From Eledone cirrhosa (Eukaryota): 64,000 nucleotides of DNA. Position 1 is the first letter of the stretch; each line of letters starts with the position of its first letter. The notes under the pieces are model-generated. The model was given only the letters and a program-made list of their open reading frames with translations, had not been told where the DNA came from and made no database searches. The translations under genes were made by a program, and so were the position numbers. The stretch spans positions 7,998,001 to 8,062,000 of the forward strand of contig OZ024753.1 of NCBI GenBank assembly GCA_964016885.1, in the 5' to 3' direction. This document shows, one piece after another, positions 53,736-64,000 of this stretch.

Positions 53736-54329
53736 CAATACTGCCAATCAAAAGAATAATAAATTTGTTTTTCAGCAAAATAAAAAATAAGAGAAACCAA
53801 ATTTGTGCATCATTCATATTACTTTGCTAGTTTCATCTGACTTATGAACCACAGCATGTTTATATCTTTAACAAGTAATTTATACTGGAAAGGTAAACTT
53901 AAAGATCATGAGCGTATTAACCAGAACTATCATAAATTTATTTTCAAAGTACCAAAGCTGTTATCGAGGAGAACTCAGTCACTCAGTCACAGAGATTCGA
54001 ATTTATGAAAATTCAGAGAGTGTTAATAAAACATCTTGCATTGTGAGTGAAAACACGCTAGTTTCTTATAGATCTAATGTCTCTGAAGCTATCAAAGAAC
54101 ATTTTGCCATTCACTACAAGTCTGGCAAATATCCGGTAGACTGTGGAATCACTGGAATAGTTGCTTTTGACCAGACATGCATAGATTTCAATGAATGGAT
54201 ATTAATATAAACAACTATCTAAGCTCCAATATTGATCTTCCTGATTATTTATTGATTCTTGGGCCATCATATATCTTACTTTTCCTTCACTCTTGTTCAA
54301 TTACGATTGCTCCCTACATCTCTCTCAGC

Positions 54330-54890
54330 CTCTTTCTCCTCCCCCCTCCACTCTCTCTCTCCTCCCCCCTCCACACTCTCTCTCCTCCCCCTCCACACTC
54401 TCTCTCTCCTCCCCCCTCCACTCTCTCTCTCTCCTCCCCCCTCCACTCTCTCTCTCATTCTCTATCTTACCTTCAGTCTTGTATTTCATTACCTATGTTT
54501 CTGTCTCCCTACCTCTCTCTCTGTATATATATATATATATGTATATATAGGTGCATGTATGAGTGTATATATATATAGATGTATATATATATATGTATGT
54601 ATAGACGTGTATATATATATATATATGTATATATATATGTATGTATTGATGTATATATATATATGTATGTATAGATGTATATATATATATGTATGTATAG
54701 ATGTATATATATATATGTATGTATAGATGTATAGATGTATATATATATGTATGTATAGATGTATATATATATATGTATGTATAGATGTATATATATATGT
54801 ATGTATAGATGTGTGTATATATATATATGTATATATATATATATGTATGTATGTATAGATGTGTATATATATATATATATGTATGTATAG

Positions 54891-54935
<45 letters not shown>
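54330..54935. repeat. CT-rich repeat followed by (TA)n/(TATG)n microsatellite
   Basis: Seen directly. Confidence 0.9.
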
Positions 54936-55125
54936 TATATTCATGCACTCACGCTATATACAAATATATATACCATTAATATACACATATATCCCAATTG
55001 CTCCACATTTCTCTCATCCCTCTCTTCTCTATCACTTAATATCATACACCACACAGTTCATAGCTTCATTTAGTTCCTCACCGACATTTCCGATTTTCCT
55101 CTTAGATATCATTTAAGAGAGAGAG

Positions 55126-55170
<45 letters not shown>

Positions 55171-55195
55171 TACCTATATATATATATAGGTATAT

Positions 55196-55543
55196 GAAGG
55201 CACATGGCTTAGTGGTTAGAGCATTGGCCTTGCAATCGAAAGGTTGTGAGTTCAATTCTCAGACCGGGTGATGTGTTGTTTCCTTGAGCAAGACACTTTA
55301 TTTCACATTGCTCCAGTTTACTCAGCTGTAGAAATGAGATGATAGGGACTGGGGTCCATATCATTCCACTGCAAAGTGGTCGTGCAGGTGCCACGGCAAA
55401 AAAGCACACAGCACTCACTGTAAATGAGGTTGGTGTTAGGAAGGGTATCCAGCTGTAGAAACCAAGCCAAAATCAGTTCCCGTCCCACCCTTGCGAGCAG
55501 GGAAAAAGCGGACGTAAAAATGAAATGATGATGATGATGATGA
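55196..55543 (+). mobile_element. SINE family B, full length, RTE-derived tail 1
   Basis: A-box TGGCTTAGTGG (55205-15), B-box GAGTTCAATTC (55248-58) and a CORE/V-like CCTTGAGCAAGACACTT motif. The 3' end matches LINE 6909-6972. Confidence 0.9.
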
Positions 55544-55569
55544 TATATATATATATATATATATATATA

Positions 55570-55780
55570 AGTAGAAGTTGTATTTAATTTGTTGGAAGTC
55601 CGACAAACATAAATATTTATAACTGATTTAGAGCACTCAACTGTTACTGGAGTAAATATTCAATGATATTAAATAAATGTAAACTATATTTATAAAACCA
55701 TATTTATATATTTCAAGGGCAACCAAGACAATATTGGTACGCTTTCATCAGATAAAATACAAAGTTTGTTTTATAAATAA
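55570..55780 (-). mobile_element. H1 element with hammerhead core (3' strand of stem I deleted)
   Basis: Minus strand: TATTTTAT-CTGATGA-AAGCGTACCAATATTGTCTTGGTTGCCCTT-GAAA-TATATA at 55705-55759. Body matches 20685-20915. Confidence 0.72.
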
Positions 55781-55802
55781 TCGTGTCTATCTCCCTGTTT
55801 TC

Positions 55803-55833
<31 letters not shown>

Positions 55834-55838
55834 TAACA

Positions 55839-55904
55839 GATTAAAGTTTAAGCAAAGAATCGCTGCTTTCACCCTCAACAGGTTCTTCTGAAACTAAATT
55901 AATC
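55839..55904 (-). ncRNA. hammerhead-like motif with variant core CAGAAGA, family H4
   Basis: Minus strand: GATTAA-TTT-AGTTT-CAGAAGA-ACCT GTTGA GGGT-GAAA-GCAG CGATTCT TTGC-TT^AAACT-TTAATC. All three stems close. Confidence 0.62.
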
Positions 55905-56087
55905 AATCTGTGAATGCAGAAGTAAATATTTCGAAAAACGTTGCAACTGAAGGAAAACAGGAAGACGATACTTTTGTTCGTTAAGACATTCCCTGGCAAT
56001 GAACAGAAGAGAGAGAGAGAGAGATAGAGAGAGTTGAATAGATAGATAGATAGATAGATAAATAGATATATATAGAGAGAGGGAGAT

Positions 56088-56118
<31 letters not shown>

Positions 56119-56158
56119 TACATACACACGTATATATATATATATATATATATATATG

Positions 56159-56760
56159 GTGGCTGCCAAACCGTTTTCGATTACGGCCACTACTTTATAT
56201 CCATGTAGGAGAACCCCTACCGATGCGCTAAACGAGCGTGACTTTTAGTCCAGCCAGTGACTTGAAAACTCTGGTACAAACACTACACTTGTGATAATAA
56301 TTGACACATAGTGCTGGGCCCATTGTACCCTGTGATGACAAGTGCAGAGAGATCTCCAGATATAAAGCAATGCCTGTGCCGTGAAGCTTTTATAGTGAGC
56401 AAAGGCACTGCACAAAGCCAGTCCCACTCTCTTAACCAAGATGATATTTACCAAAAAAGAAGAACAAGTCAACATCATTGGATACTATCAGGGTTGCAGG
56501 TGTTATATCAGAGTTTTCCTTCTCCTACAATTCTGCCTTGACAAAGGCTAAGGGGTCATCTCTTCCGGTGATTTTGGATGGTCATTGACTCTTAAGAGGT
56601 CCTTTGCCATTTGACAGGTTTTGTTTTTAGTCCTACAGGATGTCCAAAGTCACCCTCCTCATCAAGAAACCTTGGTGGGGTTGCCAGTTTAGTCGCCAAC
56701 GACCATGAGACAGGTTGTACTGGGATACATGTTATAAGTAGCACCAACTGGTGACCTGAC
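56159..56760 (-). mobile_element. dispersed repeat between microsatellites; longer copy of 31268-31740
   Basis: Reverse-complement similarity, with an extra ~150 bp at the presumed 5' end. Confidence 0.75.
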
Positions 56761-57269
56761 ATACATATATATACATACACACATACATATATACACACAC
56801 ACAGACATATATATACAAACACATACATATATATGTATATTTGTGCATGTATGTATATCTTTATGTGTGTGTATGCAACAACTTTTGACCAGCTTTCCAC
56901 TATTTTCCCCCTTTTTAATCTCAGAATCTACGGTCACTCATTTCTGAATTCTGTTTCCAAAGGTTACACATGGTGTCACATGCATTAAGGAGGATTTGTC
57001 TTGGAAACTCTTGTTCCATATGCTACATTTTATATGAAATTCATAAATTCTTGTCTTTAGAACTGGTTGCTGGTGTGGTTTCTTTTCTTTTTCAGTATAT
57101 CATTGTTATAATTGTCGGCTTTTTATGTATGTTTTATAAGATGGCATCTACACACACACACACATATATATACATATACACACACATATATATGTTTATA
57201 CATATGTGTATATATATATCTATATATATGTATATATATATATGCATATATATATATTTCGTTTCTGAA

Positions 57270-57584
57270 TTTGTTTAGCAAGATTCTTTATATGAAAACG
57301 TGTGTTGAAACCGATATTGTTATACTTTGGGAGGGTCATGTTGCCAATAAGAAACACGCGCACCAGTTGCTTTCACTTCAATTTATTATAAATTAAATTT
57401 ATAAATTTAGGAATTTATAAATTTCCGGTTGGTTGGTTGGTTCCACAACCAGACAATTGTTCATATATTGTCAAAGTTCTTTCGTCACACATTCTGTAAC
57501 CTCTTCAGTGACTGGGGATTCTGGGGATTCTTTTCTTTGTTTTTGTGCCTCTCCTGTGTTCTGTCCTACGCCATCTTGTTTTTG

Positions 57585-57585
<1 letters not shown>
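57270..57585. repeat. dispersed repeat next to (TA)n; inverted homolog at ~63050-63285
   Basis: Shared GTGTTGAAAC.GATA.TGTTATACTTTGGGAGGG, TATTGTCAAAG.TCTTTCGTCACACATTCT and TTCTGTCCTAC.CCA.CTTGTTTT. Confidence 0.7.
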
Positions 57586-58221
<636 letters not shown>

Positions 58222-58593
58222 TACATTACATTTCATCTTCTCTACAATGCTCTCTGCTTTTCATCTGCTCTACTAGATTTGAAATTAATTTGCAGCAGGA
58301 ATATCAGCAGTGGGCTAACATTGGCGATATTTATATCAATACCACCATTTGAATAAACTTGATTCAATGTTGAGTAGTTGTGGCTGGATGTCAGACATAC
58401 ATAACCAAAGGACTGAGGGTTTGGTATCCCCTGCTGGTTGCATTGTATTGTTATTTTCCAATCTCAAATTGGTGTTTGTAAATACAACATGTAGAAACAC
58501 ACACACAGATTCTCACTCACTCATACACCATACACACACACATGTACACACACATGCACACACATACATGGAGACACTCACTCACTCGTGCAT

Positions 58594-58645
<52 letters not shown>

Positions 58646-58659
58646 TATGTGTATATATA

Positions 58660-58835
58660 TATAATGAAGGAAATGTGGTAAGGAACCAGATGGACCATAA
58701 CGCACCAAAGTACTCAATACTTGGGGTAGTAGAGTGGGTAATAGGAATGAGTAGGACCCCGACGGCTGAGCTCAAGCCGTTTCGACGGCTAATTCTGGAC
58801 TTGAGCTCAGCCGTCGGAGTCCTACTCGTTCCTAT
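58660..58835. mobile_element. fold-back element, family H3 (3' half of a hammerhead on -)
   Basis: Inverted repeat 58741-58835. Minus strand: C-GAAA-CGGCT-TGAGCTC-AGCCG-TC^GGGGTCC at 58754-58784. Confidence 0.62.
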
Positions 58836-59139
58836 ATATATATATATATATATATCTATATATATATGTATATATATATATATGTGTGTGTGTAAAAGGT
58901 AAACAGAAATAACAACACAATTAGTACAGTATATGGAAGGAATATATTAGTTTAACGCTTGAAATAGCATATAGAGGGTCTTAACATTTTGGACGCTAGT
59001 CTTTCATGAGAAGAAAGAATGAGAAATTGGAAAGATTGAAGGGACGGGCAGGACGGAATCGATATATATGATGATGATGATGATGATGATGATATGTATA
59101 TGGATTGAGAGAGTCGAGGCTGTGTAGTTACTGATAACG

Positions 59140-59279
59140 AGTGTTAGAAAGTAAGGGGACACAAACAAGATATGGACATTTTCTCCTCATCAGTTGTCTA
59201 GTACGGGTTGACCCGTAGTAGACAACTGATGAAGGGAAAATATCCATCTCTTGTTTGTCTCTCCTTACTTTCTAACACT
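59140..59279. repeat. ~70-bp-arm palindrome with CTGATGA-NNN-GAAA on both strands
   Basis: Centre TACGGGT-TG-ACCCGTA; CTGATGA at 59226-32 (+) and a mirror copy on -. Confidence 0.75.
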
Positions 59280-59312
59280 ATAAATATATATATATATATA
59301 TTTATTAATTGA

Positions 59313-59425
59313 AATAACAGATTAAAGTTTAAGCAAAGAATCGCTGCTTTCACCCTTAATGGGATCTTCTGAAACACGTTAAGGGTGAACGCAGCGATTC
59401 TTTGCTTAAACTTTAATCTGTTTTT
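59313..59425. mobile_element. fold-back H4 element with CAGAAGA hammerhead-like motif on - (59320-59375)
   Basis: Minus strand: GTTT-CAGAAGA-TCCC ATTAA GGGT-GAAA-GCAG CGATTCT TTGC-TT^AAAC. The right arm 59379-59422 is the inverted copy. Confidence 0.65.
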
Positions 59426-59629
59426 TAATAAATATTTACTCTAGGGTTCTTATATATTTGATATATATTTATCCTTATCGAGCCCTCTATGGATTTTAGT
59501 CTTCACATTTATTATTATTACTATATATATATATATATATGCACACATGAATGGATATACATACATAGATTTAATGTCTCTTAAGCTAAAGACTGAACAG
59601 GCAATATATTGCATATATATTCATATAAA

Positions 59630-60001
59630 GACAATGACACACGACCGTGACTTCTGGCGTCACGCAGTAATACAGAGTACCCGACCTCCCATGGGTACAT
59701 GCTGAAGCATATAAACAATATGCCCCCACACACCCCACCGCAAGGTGGTTGTGGAGGTGCCATGGCAAAAAAGCACCCAGCCCACACTGTAAAGTGGACG
59801 TGTAGGCGCCACGAAAAAGCACCCAGCACTCACTGTAAATGAGGTTGGTGTAAGGAAGGGCATCCAGCTGTAGAAATCAAGGCAGATCAGTTCCTGTATG
59901 AGCAAGGCATGGTCAGCCGACCAGACACTGCACACAACAGGACAACCCGTCTAACCCATGCTAGCGTGGAAGAACGGACGTAAAACGGTGATGATGATGA
60001 T
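59630..60001 (+). mobile_element. SINE B-related element with alternative 5' region and tail 2
   Basis: Homologous to 18940-19306, with a duplicated 48-bp module. Confidence 0.78.
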
Positions 60002-60279
60002 TCATATGTGTGCATGTAATGAAAATAAATCGCTAGTCAGATATGTGTAGAATGTAATAAGCTAACAGTAAAGGTGTCAGCGAAATAAGGTAACAAAGAA
60101 ACTGATAAGACAGCGGAGAAAGAATGTTTCCAATGAATGTTCCGGCACATTTAATTTGTCATTTCTTTTGTCTTTAAAGATTTCTCATAAATAATCTCTC
60201 CTATTAAGAAACTAGATTTCTTCATAGAAATCTTCCTATATTAAATATCTTGACACTAACAGAAATAATAATGGTTTTT

Positions 60280-60430
60280 TGATTTAGGAACAAGGCCAGC
60301 AGTTATACCAGTGCATTACTGGTACTTTATTTTTTCTACCACGTAAGGATGAATGGCAAAGTTAATCTTGGCAGGATTTGAACTTAGACCGTAAAAAGCA
60401 GTAACTCTATGCTGCAAAGCATGGCGTCCA
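60280..60430 (-). mobile_element. SINE family A
   Basis: Reverse complement of the consensus. Confidence 0.75.
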
Positions 60431-60910
60431 GTAAAGTGGTCATGTTGGTGACTCACCAAAGAGTGCCCAGTTTACCCTATAAAGTAGTCATGTTGGTGAC
60501 ACAACAAAAAGCACCCAGTTCACCCTGTAAAGTGGTCATATTTGTGAGCTGACAAAAAGCACCCAGTTTACCTTGTAAAGTGGTCATATTTGTGAGCTGA
60601 CAAAAAGCACCCAGTTCACCCTGTAAAGTAGTCATGTTGGTAGGATGACAAAAAGCATCCGGTCCAACCTTTTAGTTGGTCATTTTGATGCCACAATAAA
60701 AAGTAGCCAGTCCACACTGTAATTGTGGTTAGTGTTAGGAAGGGCATCTGATCATAGAAACCAAGCCAGAATCAGTTCTGTGTGAGCAAGACATGGTCAT
60801 CTGATCTGATCTGACTAATCTCACAATGTCATTACAACTTGTCTAACCCATGCTAGCATGGAAAGTGAATATTAAACTATGATGATTATGATGTTGATGA
60901 TAATGATGAT
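60431..60910 (+). mobile_element. older SINE B-related element with ~6 degenerate 48-bp modules, tail 2
   Basis: GTAAAGT(G/A)GTCAT...ACAAAAAGCACCCAGT repeats, then GTGTTAGGAAGGGCATC...CTAACCCATGCTAGCATGGAA. Confidence 0.75.
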
Positions 60911-62084
60911 CTTTCTTTACCCCCAGCTATGCCTGCAAGGTATATAATATAATGGGCATTGCCCTTCTTTAATTAAAGAAGAAAATAAATACTATTGATA
61001 TTCCAGTATGTGTTATTACCCATTGTTTTCAAAAGGTCATTAACAGCATCATAATTTGCCCTCAATATGACAATGTTTGGTTATTTTCCAACTTTTCTTT
61101 AATAGCATCAGTTTTTCCAATAATATAGTTTAGAGAACTTTGCCGAATTGTTTGTTTGAAAAAAAATCCGCTTTCAAATATATTTTTTTGTTTTTAGGAA
61201 ATATAAAATAAAATATAAAATATAAAAAAACCCCAAAGAAAACAACAACAAATGATCAACATTGTAGTCTCAGTTGGGTCATTTGTCAGTGACAGTAGTT
61301 TGTTATTGTTATTGTTAGGTTCTATAGCAACATTAGACTGGATTTTGATCTATTCAAGAAACTTCATTGTTGTCATGAAAGGTGATTTCAAATTTGATAT
61401 CTTAGAAAGGTTGTTGTGTTTTTTTCAACAATAAAAGATACCTGATATAGTGTAGTTATTTAAATATTAGGTCTGGGTAGGCTTTTTTTTTTTTTTGTCC
61501 TTCGATTAATCTATTTTATACAGTCAATTATAAAACAAAATAAAGTACGTTGAATGCTATCACTTTAACATAATTCATAACACTCATTTTCTATTGTTGT
61601 TAATATCAAAACCATTACAGTTATAATACAATGATTAGAAACAATAATTATATAGTTGTTAGTTTTTAAATATTTTTTTTGTTTTTCAAATTTACTTTGA
61701 ATAAAAATAATATATTAAATAAAAGATCTCCGGTATTTAATGTGAAAATGTGACAAAATTACTACCCTTTCGCCCACCTACCCAAGACAATATAATTATG
61801 ATATCATGTAGCTATGGAGAGTTATAGGTTTATACGTGTATATATGTACACATACTCATACAGATGCGTGGACAAAGCACATGTTTGCATGTTGTGGTAG
61901 AGCCAGAATCTCGACTCAAATTATTTGATGTGATATTTGTTGTGTTAACACTGGTCTGAGGATCAGGCAGACTTGGGGTCTGATCTGGGATGACCCCCAG
62001 ATCACGAGCCGGCTGCCTGGGAAACATTTTTAACTGGCTTGAGCAATAAATCTTATATGTAACACCTCCATTTTGTTCTTGTTG

Positions 62085-62124
<40 letters not shown>

Positions 62125-62232
62125 CATCACCAGTCTGATGAGCAGATCGATATTGATACTGGAGTCAAGTCTATAACTCCTGTGGGTCATCTTGAGCCAA
62201 TCATCTGTGAAATGCATATAACAAGTCGATAC
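62125..62232 (+). ncRNA. degenerate type I hammerhead motif with long stem II
   Basis: GT-CTGATGA-GCAGAT...(55 nt)...ATCTGT-GAAA-TGCATA-TA^AC, in an island between (TA)n tracts. Stem I is weak. Confidence 0.55.
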
Positions 62233-62304
62233 ACAATCAATATTTTTCATATGTAAATGAAACTTCCTCATTTTTTTCTATTATATATATATATATATAT
62301 ATAG

Positions 62305-62351
<47 letters not shown>

Positions 62352-62494
62352 AGAGAGAGAGAGAGGGTTTGGTTCTGCCAGGCTTAAAAAATGCCCAAGA
62401 AATGGTGTGTGAGAATGTGGTGCCCCTATGACTATCAGGAGTTATGAGATAAAGAACAAAAAATATATATATATATATTTATATAATATATATA

Positions 62495-62618
62495 TAGTCC
62501 TATATGAGCGAGACACGGTCACCTGACCAACCTTGCCTCAAGTGGGACAACTCCCGTCTAACTCATGCTAGCGTGGAAGATGGACGTTAAAGAATGATGA
62601 TGATGATGATGATGATGA
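62495..62618 (+). mobile_element. SINE/LINE tail 2 fragment
   Basis: GTCTAACTCATGCTAGCGTGGAAGATGGACGTTAAA..(GAT)n. Confidence 0.7.
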
Positions 62619-62666
62619 TATAAATATATATACATAGATATAGATATATATATATACATATATATT

Positions 62667-62718
<52 letters not shown>

Positions 62719-62720
62719 GT

Positions 62721-62840
62721 GAAGGTGTGTGGCTGAGTGGTTAGAGAATTGGATTCGCAATCGTAAGGTTGTGAGTTCGATTCCTGGACCAGGCGATGCG
62801 TTATGTCCTTGAGCAAGACACTTTATTTCACGTTGCTCCT
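62721..62840 (+). mobile_element. SINE family B head (tRNA-like)
   Basis: TGGCTGAGTGG A-box, GAGTTCGATTCC B-box and CCTTGAGCAAGACACTT. Confidence 0.75.
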
Positions 62841-63384
62841 TCTACCTGGAGTTGCGACCGATAGATAGTATTAGCAATTGGAAAGACCAACGGAAACATT
62901 GTTACCGCGGTCCGATTTGGCGAAAGTCGATCGTACCTTTTATCTATATGTATGTATGTAGGTTAAACAATGAAAACAAAATGAGGAGGTTCAGTCCTTA
63001 AATAATCCAGTTTTACAATCATTTCTAAGGATAAAATGAAACATGTTGTGGCAGAAAAAACAAGGTGGTGTAGGACAGAATAAAGGAGAGAAACAAAATA
63101 ACAAATTACTTACAGAGTAAGTCAGAGAATGTGTGACGAAAGAGCTTTGACAATAAATAAACAGGCATCTGGTTATTAAACCAACCAACTGTTGCAAGTG
63201 TTTTTATTGACAGCAATACCCTCCCAAAGTATAACATTATCTGTTTCAACACAAATTTTCAGAGAAGAAATCTTGCAAAACAAGTACAAAAAACGAAGTA
63301 TATATATATACACACACACACATACAGATATATATATATATATATATATATTCTTTCTGTTATTAATTCTGGCAATATTATTAC

Positions 63385-63617
63385 AAAAATATATATATAT
63401 ACATATATACATATGTACAGATATATATATATATATATATATACATATCTACAGATATATATATATATACATATATACATATCTACAGATATATATATAT
63501 ATACATATATACATATCTACAGATATATACATATATACATATCTACAGATATATATATATATACATATATACATATCTACAGATATATATATATATACAT
63601 ATATACATATCTACATA

Positions 63618-63695
<78 letters not shown>

Positions 63696-63768
63696 TACAT
63701 ATATACATATCTATATATATATATATATATACATATGTACAGATATATATATATACATACATATGTAC

Positions 63769-63804
<36 letters not shown>

Positions 63805-63930
63805 GTACATATATATATATATATATATACATATGCTCAGATATATATATGTACAGATATATATATATATATATACATACATACATATGTACAGATATAT
63901 ATATATACATATATATACATACATATGTAC

Positions 63931-63967
<37 letters not shown>

Positions 63968-64000
63968 TATACATACATATGTACAGATATATATATATAT
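63385..64000. repeat. (TA)n-based compound microsatellite
   Basis: Seen directly. Confidence 0.95.

Noticed and set aside
55196-55270. tRNA gene (also 62721 and the SINE A heads)
   Set aside because: A/B boxes are present but continue into SINE body and tail; no clean cloverleaf acceptor stem.

Overview
Very AT-rich, repeat-dominated animal genomic DNA with one 200-N gap (14741-14940). Long (TA)n tracts, tRNA-derived SINEs and RTE-type LINE remnants suggest a cephalopod, probably Octopus (inference). No host protein-coding gene can be called. Almost all ORFs in the track are microsatellite or minisatellite read-through; two are RTE-clade LINE C-terminal fragments. Recognisable content: two or three modular tRNA-SINE families, SINE-derived minisatellites (43-bp, 48-bp, 118-bp units) and a TTAA-flanked piggyBac-like MITE family. 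The main hidden signal is about 15 type I hammerhead-ribozyme motifs (intact, variant-core or decayed) from several sequence families. They sit in short non-coding elements embedded in (TA)n tracts and are often arranged as long fold-back palindromes, resembling non-autonomous Penelope-like or retrozyme elements. Copies of one family show a compensatory base change in stem I and swapped palindromic stem III hexamers. All structures were folded by eye; coordinates of degenerate repeats are approximate.
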